DNA of 64,000 nt from Octopus vulgaris (Eukaryota): NCBI GenBank assembly GCA_951406725.2, contig OX597818.1:22134001-22198000 (forward strand), in the 5' to 3' direction. Below the pieces are notes generated by a model. That model ran no database searches. It saw only the letters and a list, made by a program, of their open reading frames with translations, and had not been told where the DNA came from. The position numbers and the translations under genes are program-made. Positions 51,701 to 61,978 of this stretch are shown in pieces. Positions within the stretch are counted from its first letter, which is position 1. The number at the start of each line of letters is the position of its first letter.

Positions 51701-54123
51701 AAGCTGCCTCTCCTCCTCAGACTAACTTATAAAAAGCATCAGAAAAAGAAATGAATTATTGACCTCTGAGCTATAAATTCAATAAACAAAGTGTGAGAGA
51801 AACAAAAATAAATAAATGCATACATACCTGTCTTCTAAATAACCTGACTTCATGTCATGGCAGACCAAGGTGAGAGGTCGGCCAGGATGGGAAATACGAG
51901 GTAACAGGGGCTGCTTGGACACACATCCACTGTCAGAATCTACAGTCCATTCTAGTAACTGCTGTAGGGTTGTAAGTGGTGAACAGATAGGAAGTGCCTT
52001 TTCATAAACTGTTAGGAAGATACAAGAATGAAATAGAAGTGCATTGCTTGACAAAGCAGCATGTGTGTGTGTGTGCTGTTAGTATATACATATATTCATT
52101 AATATATGTAAGATATTGTGTGTAGATTTATGCCAAACCATATATGGTATAAGGAGAAAATACCCAAGGACACACTGTGCATAAATTTATAAATGATAAG
52201 GCTGGTGTTAGCATATTCAATGTAGTGAGTCAATAAATGTTGATGTGAGAAGAAAGAATTCTTAGCATTAATAAGCCATTAAAAGAAAGGTAAATGAGAC
52301 AACCCTGGAGTTTTAGTAAACTAGAAATAGGTTTAAGAAATACCATGGGTCATGAATCTTGATAGTATGGAAATTCATAATATATTTCAGTATTATTAAA
52401 CCGCTTCAGTGAAGTTAATCCATCAGACAATGATGACTTCACACACACATTAAAAAAAATATATATTTTAATTAAAATGTTTCATTGCCTTTCTGATCAT
52501 TAAGCTAATCTTTATTTCTCTTTATTACAAATGTAATGTGATAACTTCTCTACATAACAAGCAGGGCCATCTCCCAGAAGGTATCTGCAATTTGTCTGCT
52601 TTCCTACTTATCAATACTTTGGTCTTTGCTACATTAACTCTAAGGCCCTTTGATTCTAAACCTTGCTTCCATACCTGAAATTTCTTCTCTAGTTCTGGTA
52701 GTGATTCAGCAATAAGAACAAGGTCATCAGTATAGAAGAGCTCCCAGAGGCAGCTAGTCTTAAATTCCTCAGTTATGGTTTGGAGAACCATTATAAATAA
52801 GAGCGGACTAAGAACTGACCCCTAGTGGGCTCCTTCTTGTACACTAAACTTTTTGCTACTAGTAGGTAATGCTGGTACACATAATATATGTGCATGCACC
52901 ATTCATCAGAATGTCAAACTAACAATTTCTGGCATGAAACTATCTGATGAAGTTTCACCTTATTGATTACAATGTTTAGAATCAATTACTTGCAAACCAA
53001 CAACAAAATGACTGCTACATGGGCAACTATTCAAATAGCAATTCTTTGCTAGAAGATTTTGAAAAATTCTTGTATGAAAAGTTTAATGTGAATATGATTG
53101 CTAAAGTACAGTATAAGAAATGGCAAACAACAGACAGAACAATCCTAGAAAATATATCAAAATCAACAGATGATTTTGCTGAAATTTTCTGCCAAAGTTT
53201 AAAGCACTTAAAGTACATGATTTCATTGCAAAGGACAATCTAAATTTTGTACTTCAAGAAAAGAATCTTTGAGTTTAGGAGAAATCTTAGTCATAACAGA
53301 TTTTTCAGAGAATTATTCATTCATTTTGCAAGATGCTGTACACGGGTTTTATTGGAACAATGCCCAACCCACTATCCATCCATTTCTCTCTTATTATAAA
53401 CAAAACATTGATGTAACTGACATCAATGTTGTTATATCCAACTGTATGAAGCATGATGCAGTAGCAGTCCATCTCTTCCCAAAAAAGCTGATAGATTTTC
53501 TTGGGGGCAAAGCCTTTAATATCAACAAAGTTATCTATTTTTCAGATGGTGCTGCTTCACAATATAAAAATTGTAAGAATTTTACAAATTTATACTACCA
53601 TTCTATAGATTTCCAAACTGCTGAAGAATGACATTTCTTTGCTACCACTCATGGCAAGCGACCTTGTGATGGCTTAGGAGGTACAATTGAACATGGTACA
53701 TAGTTGTAAAACACACACACACACACCAGGAGACAGAGGTACACACACACATATACAAACACTAGCACACACATACATAAAAATACACAAACACGGACAT
53801 GCAAACACATGAACATGCAGAATACATACATACAAATATACACACATACATACATACATACATACATATGCACACACACACACACATACATGCATGCACA
53901 CACATGCATACATACATACATGCATGTGTAGGCACACACACACACTAACCCACACATATCTGCACAAACAAACAAAAAGGAACACAGTGTGAGTGCAAGA
54001 TGCAACGAAAATTTTAGAAAAATAAAACTGAAATAAGTGGAAATTTTACTGGTGAGTGTGTTAAATTAATTATAAGGCACTAAAAGAGAATGACTCTTCC
54101 CAAACACAACAGTTTATATATAA

Positions 54124-54163
<40 letters not shown>

Positions 54164-54391
54164 ATGATGATATATATATATATATTTATATATATCCAGT
54201 CTCCATGATAGATTGCTAAATCCCCGTTTTTTTTTTATTCTCTGTTTGTTTATTTCGTGTTCCTTTCTGTTGAAGAGCATAGGTTCGAAACATAAAAGAC
54301 TCCCCTTTTCTTGAGAATCAAACTAATACACCTGCTTCGCCTTTTGTTTTTCTGTAAATTTTAACTTTCTCTCACCCCCTCTCTCTCTCTT

Positions 54392-54455
<64 letters not shown>

Positions 54456-57400
54456 TACTCTCTCTTTACTCTTTAACTTGTTTCAGTCATTTGACTGCAG
54501 CCATGCTGGAGCACCGCCTTTAGTTGAGCAAATCAACCCCAGGACTTATTCTTTGGAAGCCTAGTACTTATTATATCGGTCTCTTTTGCCAAACTGCTAA
54601 GTTACAGGGATGTAAACATATCACCATTGGTTGTCAAGCGATGTTGGGGACACACACACATACATACATATATATATATAAATATATACAACGGGCTTCT
54701 TTCAGTTTCTGTCTACCAAATCCACTCACAAGCTTTTGTTTTTGATACCTTACATTCACTGTCACATCCTGGCATCGCTGCCTCGGTGAAGCTTATTACG
54801 GCTTGATTTTTCTGGCCTAATATGTGCCGGATTATCACTGCTTGTGTGAAATGCCAGCATCCTAAATTCCACAGACACATTTGTGCTCCTCTTGGACAGT
54901 TTTCTCTGCTGGAGACTAGCTTTCGCCATGTCCACATTGATCTGGTTGGGCCATGGCCTGTCAGTCAATTTCTTTTATATATTGACATGTGTTGATCATT
55001 TCTCTCATTGGCCTGAAGCCATTCCAATAGTGAACATTTCCGCTGAGTCAGTTGCTCAAGCTTTCGTTTCTAATTGGTTTGCTCATTTTGGTGTTCCAAC
55101 TAATATAACCACTGACCGTGGACACCAGTTCAAAGCTTCCTTATTTCGTGAATTATCACAACTCCTAGATGTTCACCACATTCGTACAACCAGCTACCAT
55201 CCAGCTTCCAACAAGATGGTCGAATGTTTTCACTGAGCCCCTGTAGTGAGGCACAAAGAAGTCAGCGCCATTTTGAAACAGCGAGATCTCACCTGCAACC
55301 ATTGCCATAAGTGAGACAAAAATGTGATCTCGCCTGCAACCATTATTTAAGGAAAAGAACATTTTCCCTCTCATTCTTTTCACACTGAACGTCGAGCAAC
55401 ACTTTGAAGCCAGGAGCTCACAGTAGACTTTTGTCCCACTGTGATACTGCATGCATGGTCTCCAGAGGTTATTGAACCTCATGTGTATGGGAGAGAAGGT
55501 TAACTACACACTGCTGTGAAGATGATTACTAAAAGCAAACCCTTTGTACAAAGCACGTGTGAATAAATGGTTATTGAATTTACTATGCCTGAGAACTTCA
55601 TTCTTCGTATTTCCAGCTCCTTGAATCAACAGAATAATTATAATGGAAGAAGAAGAAACCCCAAAATTATCATAAAAACCTTCCTTCCATTATACATGTA
55701 TGTGCTGAAGACATTGTATATGCGGGCTTCCATATTTTCTTCCAGTTAGTTTCTGGGCATGTAGCTGTCGAAATGATGCATTTATTGGCTTCCATGATTG
55801 GCGAATTTCTTGTGCGTTTGCAGTGTTGCATTGTAGATTGCATCACAGTATAGTGCTCTCTGTTACGCGTACTATAACAAGTAGAATGAAGGTGCATCTT
55901 GGTGGTGAGAAAGGCTGTCATTCTTTTCCTCTGGTTTAGCAACTGTTGATATGAAGACTGTAGTTTTTTAGTTTGAAGTCAGCAAAATGCAGCAGCATGT
56001 TATGTTCTAAAAGAGACTTGGATGAGTGCCATAACAGAAACTTTATTATATTTTTATGACGTAGTACATGAGTAACACAGTGGTGTAAGGAAGGTAACCC
56101 TACAGAAACTACTTACGTAACATCCCCTTTCCTTTGAGATAAACACTGAAACCTTGATACAATTATGAGAATGACAATAATAAAATCATAAGGGTATTTA
56201 TCAGAACACATTTAGAGTCTTTGTAAACCTTGAATTGAAGGTAAATATTAATGTTGATAATATTTAGAGTCTTTTATATCTATAGTTGTGAACCAACATT
56301 TGGAAGGGATTTTAGAGTCTCTTCATTCACCTTGAACACTTAGGATACTACTGTTGCACATTTTGAATTAAATTTACAGAACTATTACTGGCTAATACTG
56401 ATATTTAGAGTCACTGAAAACACAAGATTTTAGAGTTATTTATCAAAACACCAACTTTAAAGATATTCAAAGACAATCCAATCTTTGTAATATTTCACAA
56501 AACAAACCTCAACAGATTTTTTTTTTATTCAAGAAAATTAATTCACTTTAAAATGTTCAAAGATTGAGCTTTTGTATAGGTTTTACTGTTCTTCCGGCAC
56601 TGGTCTTGTATCCACGTTGAGCACTGGTATCACCTGCTAGGTTAGGGTTATCACTTGACGTCACTGATGTTGAGGAAGACGATGATGTTATTGTTGTCGA
56701 CGTTGATGTGTTTTGCTCAAGGCAGGGTTGTGACTTTTTCAATTCTTGTTGTCGATTCCTTCGATAGGTACAACCTTCCTTAGTTTGCACAGTTTAAGTT
56801 CAACCTCTGATTTGTTGCTTTACTATAACTTCAACCCATTCTTTCTTGTCATACTGCATCTGAATGGTGTCACCTGGATGGAGCTTGCTTAGAGGATGGC
56901 CTTCATTGTGTCTGTCAATAATGTTCATACATTTGTTCTCCATCAATTCCTTGTAGACTGTGTGTCTTTGAATGTTCTCTTTGGCATGAAAACTTTTTAG
57001 TTTGTCTACCAAAAAGTCTTTGAGCTGGACTAGATGCTAGGCCTTCTTGTGGAGTGTTTCTGATGTTCATGAGTTCAATATATGGATCTTCTTTAGAGAG
57101 ATGACACTTTCGCATCATGTTTTTTGCAATTTTCACCATTCACAGCACTTCAGCAGCACCATTCACGTTACTGTTCCCTGGGCTGGATGTTTCGTGATTG
57201 AATCCCCAAGATTTATTAAATACCTGAAACTTCTCCCCAGTATATTGTGGTCCACCATCACAGATAACGACAGTTGGTACACCATGATGCTCAAAATGAT
57301 GCTTCATTTTGGAGACAACCACTTCTGATGTAGTCTCTGGTAGATAGTCTAGCTCAAAAAAGTTACTGTAGTAGTCTGTAGTTATCAGGTAATTTCTGCC

Positions 57401-60400
57401 TTGCAGGGTGAAGATGTTTGTACCTACTTCCTCCCATGGTTGGTCTGGTATGTCATGCATATGGAGGGGTTCTTGAGGCTGCTTAGCCCCAAAACAAGCA
57501 CAAATGTCACAAGTCTCAATATATTATCGAATTTCACTCGACATAGCCAGCCAAAATATTAAATTTCAGACAGGAATTGATTCCCATGTATCCCACATGT
57601 AGCTTTTCTTTCATTTCTTTTCCTATCGCACACGGAATCACAATTCTTTCTCTGTGCAGAATCAGACCATCTTGCACTGTCATCTCATCATGATAAGTAT
57701 GGTGTCAAATCTGATAGTAGATTATTTCTGTCAGCCAGCCAGCCTTCCATTATTACAGTTTTCAGCTTATACATTGTGCTGTCTTTCAGGGTAGCTGATC
57801 TTATCACATCGAGACGTCTGCCTTTGATATGGGATATGTTGCTGACATGGACAGTGTCAGATTTTGGCTTGTCTAGTAGTGGGGCTCTTGAGAGGGATCA
57901 TATTTCCTGGATTGCAGATGAGAACAAAATTGTAATTTTGTGTTCTAAAGCAGAAAAGATTGCAGTCTTTTACGAGGGACGTTCAATAAGTAATGCCTCT
58001 GACCCACTTGCAGTTGTTTGATCTAGCTGAAAGTTTGCATGTGCAATTATTTATATCTCTATAGATTAAGTGGAAAATTACAGCTCTGAACTAATTGTGG
58101 TTTCTGATTTACAGGTGTTTGAACTGAGTCAAGTGTGAAATGGAGCCTGTTGAGTGTCGAGCAGTGATCCGGTTTTTGTATTTGAAAGGACGCACACCAC
58201 GGGAGACTTTTGATGAAATGAAAGTAACTTATGGTGATGATGCCCCATCATATGACCTTGTAAAACGCTGGCATCGTGAATTCAAACATGGTCGGAACTC
58301 TGTGGAAACAGCTCCCAGATCTGGTCGTCCCCCTTCTGCTATTGATGAGGCATCTGTCCGTCAAGTTGAGGCTGCCATTTTGGAAGATTGACGCAAAACT
58401 ATTCGCCAAATAGCCCATGAGGTCAAGATTAGTACCGGGTCTGTGGAAACTATCATTCATGACCATTTGCATATGCAAAAGGTGTCTGCCAGATGGATTC
58501 CCAGGTTGCTCACACCTTTCCAGAAGCAAGAACACGTCGAGTGCTCGAGGATGAATTTGGAGATGTGCCAAGAAGATGAGTCAAAATTTTTCAAAAGACT
58601 GATTACACAGGATGAAACCTGGGTCCATCACTATGATCCAGAGACCAAAGCCCAGTCAATGCAGTGGAAGCACCGTGACTCACCTCCTCCAAAGAAGGCA
58701 AGGGTGCAACCCTCCGCTGGCAAGGTCATGCTCACAGTCTTCTGGGACCAGGACGGAGTAGTGATGACAGATTTCCTGGCAAAGGGTACCACAATTACAG
58801 GAGCCTATTATGCTTCACTTTTGAGGAAATTGAGAGAAGCTATCAAAATCAAGAGGCGGGGCAAGATCAGCAAAGGCATCCTCCTCTTGCAGGACAACGC
58901 TCCGGTCCACAACTCGCGTGTCGCCAGATCAGAAGCACAGGCGTGCGGCTATGAACTCCTCCCCCATCCCCCCTACTCTCCTGACCTTGCACCCTCTGAT
59001 TTTCACCTCTTCCCAGCCATGAAGTTGTTTTTGAAAGGAAAGCGTTTCCCAGATGATGCAGCCTTGATTTCTGAAGTCACGTCGTGGTTGGAGGACCAAG
59101 CTGGGATCTTCTACAAAAACGGTCTCCAGAGCTGCATCAAACGATGGGAGAAATGCGCAACTCTGGGTGGTTCCTATGTAGAAAAAGACTAATAACTGTG
59201 CCAAGTGTCGCTGCTCTACTGCTATGGGAAGTGGGTCAGGGGCATTACTTATTGAACGCCCCTCGTAGGAGCTTTGGAAAGTGGTTTTTCACTATAGACA
59301 CTAGTAGTTTATGGTCCATAACGACGGTCACACGTTGCCCATACGAAACTTCTAAAGACCAAAAGTAACAGCCAACATTTCCTTCTCTATTTGAGCATAA
59401 TTACGCTCTGCATCCGTTAATGACCGACAAGTGAAAGCAACAGGTTTGCTTTCCTGTAACAACACAGAACCAAGTCCATGTTCACATGCATCGTTTTCAA
59501 CTGTCAGTTCCTTCTCCGTGGGGTTAAGTAAAAAAAAAAATCAATATATATCCATTTTACCCGAAGTTATGACGGAAAAATCGGATCTTGTGTGTTTTCC
59601 AAAAGTCCACTCCCCACCCCCCAGGGTCGTCAGAGCGCTTTTTTTTTTTTCATATTACGTTCTAAAAATAGAGGCTTGGATGGGCGTCGTCATTACAGAA
59701 ACTTTATTATACTTTGATGACGTGGTACACACGAGTTACACAGTGGTGGTAATAGTGTAGAAACAACTCGTGTAAACGGCATTTAACATTAGAAGTAGTA
59801 ATTGTTTTTAGACGGGGTCACCGGCATAATCGATGGATGTGACAACTGTTCATGCGAAGGTAAAGGCTGCAATTCTTTAACTCAGGTTCGCCACTAGTAA
59901 TTCTTGTCACTCACAGAAAAACTATTGCTTTACCGTGAGAAAAGTGCTGTTGAACTATTAAGTGAAATTTGGCGATGAGGATCGAATCCACGCTATGCCT
60001 ACTTGAAGTTCACTATATATATATATATATATGGGTGTGTGTGTGTAGGTAGGTAAACAAAGATACACAAGTAAATAGATAGATAAAGTACATAGGTAAT
60101 ATGGACAGACAAGCACGCACAGCACATACATAACCACAAAAACCAATACACATAAACACACTCAAACGCACACACACACACACACACACATACAAACATG
60201 AATATGCAGAATACAAACATGAATATGCAGAATACAAACATGAATATGCAGAATACAAACATGAATATGCAGAATACATACATGCATACACATGCACTCA
60301 AACAGACAAAAAAGAACGCAGTTCCAATAACGTGTACAATCAACATCTATTGATAAGGTTGCAAAAGCAGCGAAAATTTGGGAAGAAAAAATAAGACAAT

Positions 60401-60514
60401 ATGACTCTCCCCAGACACAACATAGCTAATTTAATTGCCATGCAAATATCGACCTGCTAGATCATAGTAATCCTACATTCAGCTTACATAAAAAAACTTA
60501 CCTCGGGCTTCCAT
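30327..60514 (-). CDS. ENGASE: Cytosolic endo-beta-N-acetylglucosaminidase (GH85), 12 coding exons, 628 aa
   Basis: Exons 60514-60502, 52008-51828, 47816-47668, 46522-46368, 44157-44009, 43585-43414, 40980-40877, 37513-37405, 36900-36725, 35189-34935, 32683-32575, 30641-30327. All junctions are GT-AG and phase-consistent, total 1887 nt. GH85 motifs LVCHDMKSGYLEDR, FVYFSHHFITIPP, FDGWLLNIEN (catalytic N-x-E), IWYDSVT, FLNYCW, GVDVFGRG. Confidence 0.92.
31285..31958. repeat. About 190-bp direct repeat pair of unknown family
   Basis: 31285-31475 is repeated at 31765-31958 (TACATTTAAAC...GAGGTATCCATCA...AGCAAATAAAATAATT). Confidence 0.75.
31960..32137 (+). mobile_element. 3' end remnant of a mariner element
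   Basis: GLEKLKGHCNKCVNLRRAHVE* resembles the mariner C-terminal KCxxxxGxYVE motif; TIR-like GAACTTTTCAGCTCACCTTTGTA. Confidence 0.55.
32575..32683 (-). CDS. ENGASE: ENGASE exon 11
   Basis: YFLVEVK...FLLGQIQ; bridges phase 2 to phase 0. Confidence 0.75.
32750..33182 (+). mobile_element. RTE-tail retroposon with internal tandem GGTGGCAC repeats and (GAT)n tail
   Basis: 3' end GCTAGCATGGAAAATGGACGTTAAACGATGATG. Copies at 25187-25436 (+) and 28918-29250, 34163-34520, 39466-39840, 44503-44760, 46792-47090 (all -). Confidence 0.8.
33744..33831 (+). ncRNA. Type I hammerhead ribozyme motif with long helix II
   Basis: ATTCAC-CTGATGA-AAATG...CATTG-GAAA-CAGCTG-TA-GTGAAT: perfect 6-bp helix I, palindromic helix III, GUA site after 33825; first helix II pair is an A-G mismatch. 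Confidence 0.6.
34935..35189 (-). CDS. ENGASE: ENGASE exon 10
   Basis: IFHCNVTVNEK...NGWKQ; CA|GTTAGT donor; phases fit. Confidence 0.75.
36725..36900 (-). CDS. ENGASE: ENGASE exon 9
   Basis: CLSNKEWVSMGMQQIQ...CLEDGFIGGSCL. Confidence 0.87.
37405..37513 (-). CDS. ENGASE: ENGASE exon 8
   Basis: FWSLLHP...LPLSTSFCHGYGHKYFLNGE. Confidence 0.9.
39069..39455 (+). mobile_element. Non-autonomous Helitron
   Basis: A|TC...CCCGAGCAACGCCGGG...CTAG|T. Confidence 0.7.
39466..39840 (-). mobile_element. RTE-tail retroposon (inverted copy of 32750-33182)
   Basis: Reverse-complement match to 32860-33182. Confidence 0.8.
40877..40980 (-). CDS. ENGASE: ENGASE exon 7
   Basis: ALKIIRDVGLSAAIFANGWVFE... Confidence 0.9.
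43414..43585 (-). CDS. ENGASE: ENGASE exon 6
   Basis: LFFDKCHGIFLNYCW...DVFVGVDVFGRGCYGGGGYSSNK. Confidence 0.93.
44009..44157 (-). CDS. ENGASE: ENGASE exon 5
   Basis: LEDIPNL...VIWYDSVTKDGFLNWQNELNLKN. Confidence 0.93.
44286..44391. repeat. Perfect 51-bp tandem duplication
   Basis: TCAAGTCCACCTTACTTTCCTCCCTTATGAGAAGTACTAGGTACTATGACA twice. Confidence 0.9.
45222..45606. repeat. Inverted repeat pair (about 135-145-bp arms) with decayed hammerhead motifs, Penelope-like, in ENGASE intron 4
   Basis: 45222-45355 is the reverse complement of 45460-45606; each arm has CATC-(C/A)TAATGG...GAAA-CAGCTG-TT-AGATG. Confidence 0.7.
46368..46522 (-). CDS. ENGASE: ENGASE exon 4 (catalytic N-x-E)
   Basis: GTVITE...FYNFDGWLLNIENVIQ. 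Confidence 0.93.
47668..47816 (-). CDS. ENGASE: ENGASE exon 3
   Basis: YRFFNWQYLDLFVYFSHHFITIPPVGWVSSAHCNRVPILG; GTAAGT donor. Confidence 0.93.
48495..49910 (+). mobile_element. RTE (BovB-like) LINE 3' portion, decayed
   Basis: YPDDLVLIA, NLAKTKVLV, CSICRKGIGRNSI, FHYLG, WYGHVMRM, GRPRKTWDE, then the shared 3' tail. Confidence 0.85.
51828..52008 (-). CDS. ENGASE: ENGASE exon 2
   Basis: VYEKALPICSPL...LVCHDMKSGYLEDR; CTAACAG acceptor, AG|GTATGT donor. Confidence 0.9.
52525..52850 (-). mobile_element. RTE LINE RT fragment (same family)
   Basis: CLWELFYTDDLVLIAES...GLRVNVAKTKVL. Confidence 0.85.
52860..53695 (+). mobile_element. Decayed DDE transposase, Sola2-like
   Basis: GTHNICACTIHQNVKL, WQTTDR, DFSENYSF, FSDGAASQYKN, FFATTHGKRPCDGLGG with stops and frameshifts; superfamily assigned from recalled motifs. 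Confidence 0.6.
54745..55236 (+). mobile_element. Gypsy-type integrase fragment
   Basis: HSLSHPG..CVKCQ zinc finger, VHIDLVGP, LTCVDHFSHWPEAIP, FGVPTNITTDRG, TTSYHPASN; possible LTR follows from about 55242. Confidence 0.85.
57973..59265 (+). mobile_element. Full-length mariner DNA transposon (DD34D), 1293 bp
   Basis: 37-bp TIRs CGAGGG(A/G)CGTTCAATAAGTAATGCC(T/C)CTGACCCACTT with 2 mismatches; TA TSD at 57971-57972 and 59266-59267. Confidence 0.95.
58140..59192 (+). pseudogene. Mariner transposase (350 codons) with a single in-frame TGA at 58389-58391
   Basis: HTH N-terminus, GRP, WIPRLL, QDETW, QDNAPVH, YSPDLAPSD with 34 residues between the last two Asp; both ORF pieces are in the same frame. 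Confidence 0.92.
60502..60514 (-). CDS. ENGASE: ENGASE exon 1 (13 coding nt, MEAR-)
   Basis: GCCATGG Kozak context; GAG|GTAAGT consensus donor; phase 1 matches exon 2. Confidence 0.65.
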
Positions 60515-60957
60515 GGCAAAGAAATTCTATAAATTCGCCGCTCAATTAGAAACGCATCTCTCCAAGAAAATGACGTCTAATTTTTAAAATAAATTATGAA
60601 AATGGGAAATATATCCAAAATAAATGAAGTATGCTAAAAATTAGGAAGATTCATCTACTTTTAAATATTTTACACTTAAAATGTATATAAGAATTGCGGT
60701 GCTTCAGTATGGCCTCTCTCATTGGACTGAAACATATAAAAGAATAAAAAGCAGAAAACGAGCACTCGCGAATATAAACAAACGTGGCGGATGTTACAAG
60801 GAGCGATTACTTTACCAGTCAGTAAGGCGGATGATACTAAAGGCGGTAACTTACCAGTCAAGTTGTAATGATACGAGGAGCTCGACAATATCGTCTGTAG
60901 TCAGATTTAGCTGTTATTTCTAGCATCTGAATAGCCTGCTTGAAGGCCTGGGGGTAT

Positions 60958-61350
60958 ACTCTTTTACTCTTTTACTTGTTTCAGTCATTTGACTGCGGCC
61001 ATGCTGGAGCACCGCCTTTAGTCGAGCAAATCGACCCCGGGACTTATTCTTTGTAAGCCCAGTACTTATTCTATCGGTCTCTTTTGCCGAACCGCTAGAT
61101 GACGGGGACGTAAACACATCAGCATCGGTTGTCAAGCAATGCTAGGGGGACAAACACAGACACACAAACATATACACACACGCTTATATATATATACATA
61201 TATACGACAGGCTTCTTTCAGTTTCCGTCTACCAAATCCACTCACAAGGCATTGGTCGGCCCGGGGCTATAGCAGAAGACACTTGCCCAAGATGCCACGC
61301 AGTGGGACTGAACCTGGAACCATGTGGTTGGTTAGCAAGCTACTTATCAC
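60958..61350 (-). mobile_element. Octopus tRNA-derived SINE (same family as 23047-23432)
   Basis: Near-identical to 23047-23420. Confidence 0.85.
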
Positions 61351-61527
61351 ATTGAAATTTTACAAATAAATTTTTTTCAGAATCATAATCTTCGTATTTT
61401 TCTATGTATTTCACAAAAAAATAAACTTTACGGGAAAAGTGAAAAATGAAAGGGGAGGGGAATTTAAATTGAAAAAAATTTTTTTTTTCAGAATTGGATC
61501 CTCCATATCCAAAAACGCGGGATTCCG

Positions 61528-61640
61528 TAAACAAAAATCAATATATATCCATTTTACCGGAAGTTATGACGGAAAAATCGGATCTTGTGAATTTTCCGAA
61601 AGTCCCTTCCCCCCGCCGCCAGGTCGTTAGCACGCATTTT
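61528..61640 (+). repeat. About 110-bp repeat also present at 59525-59640
   Basis: AATCAATATATATCCATTTTACC.GAAGTTATGACGGAAAAATCGGATCTTGTG in both copies. Confidence 0.8.
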
Positions 61641-61721
61641 ATTTTCATATTTGTTTTCTACATACTTGTTAACACCCACCAGGCCGGAGGAGGCATAAAC
61701 AAGAATAGCAAAAATCTACTA

Positions 61722-61978
61722 CCCAGCCAGCAAAACCATATCAGGCCAACATCAAACCGATGTTGTTACCTACATCAGAAATTGTGTCGGTTTGATTTCA
61801 GACTAATCTCATTTTGCAACACGGTGCAACATCGGACTGACATATTCCCTGATATTAGGCTGATATGAATTTGAGGTTAGGCCAATGTGAGATTTTGGTC
61901 TCTTACATCGGGTTGACATCAGCTCAATGTCATTTTCACATCAAGGTGACATCGGTCCGATATGGTAATGAAGTTGGG
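61722..61978. mobile_element. Small TIR element with CCCA/TGGG ends and dense ACATCGG/CCGATGT subterminal repeats (EnSpm/CACTA-like MITE)
   Basis: CCCAG..CCATATCAGGCC / GGTCCGATATGG..TTGGG; no clear TSD. Confidence 0.4.

Larger units (their letters stand above)
55998..59778 (-). mobile_element. Internally deleted Gypsy LTR retrotransposon (RNase H + integrase, short ~125-bp LTRs), interrupted by a mariner
   Basis: RNase H ENDACEHGLGSVLLQ...ERNYAQIEKEMLAV at about 59510-59280. Integrase PWEEVGTNIF...TTDYYS...DGGPQY...SPAQRLFGR at about 57600-56800. PPT AAAGGAAAGGGGA abuts the LTR at 55998-56122 (TGTTA...TAACA); a diverged homologous LTR lies at about 59653-59778. Confidence 0.8.

Noticed and set aside
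53649-54005. Cys/Val-rich hydrophobic ORFs (also 59958-60346)
   Set aside because: Derived from (CA)n-type repeats and a 21-bp tandem minisatellite.
58389-58391. In-frame TGA as selenocysteine or programmed readthrough
   Set aside because: The position corresponds to Arg in the EDRR motif; CpG deamination is simpler and no SECIS was seen.
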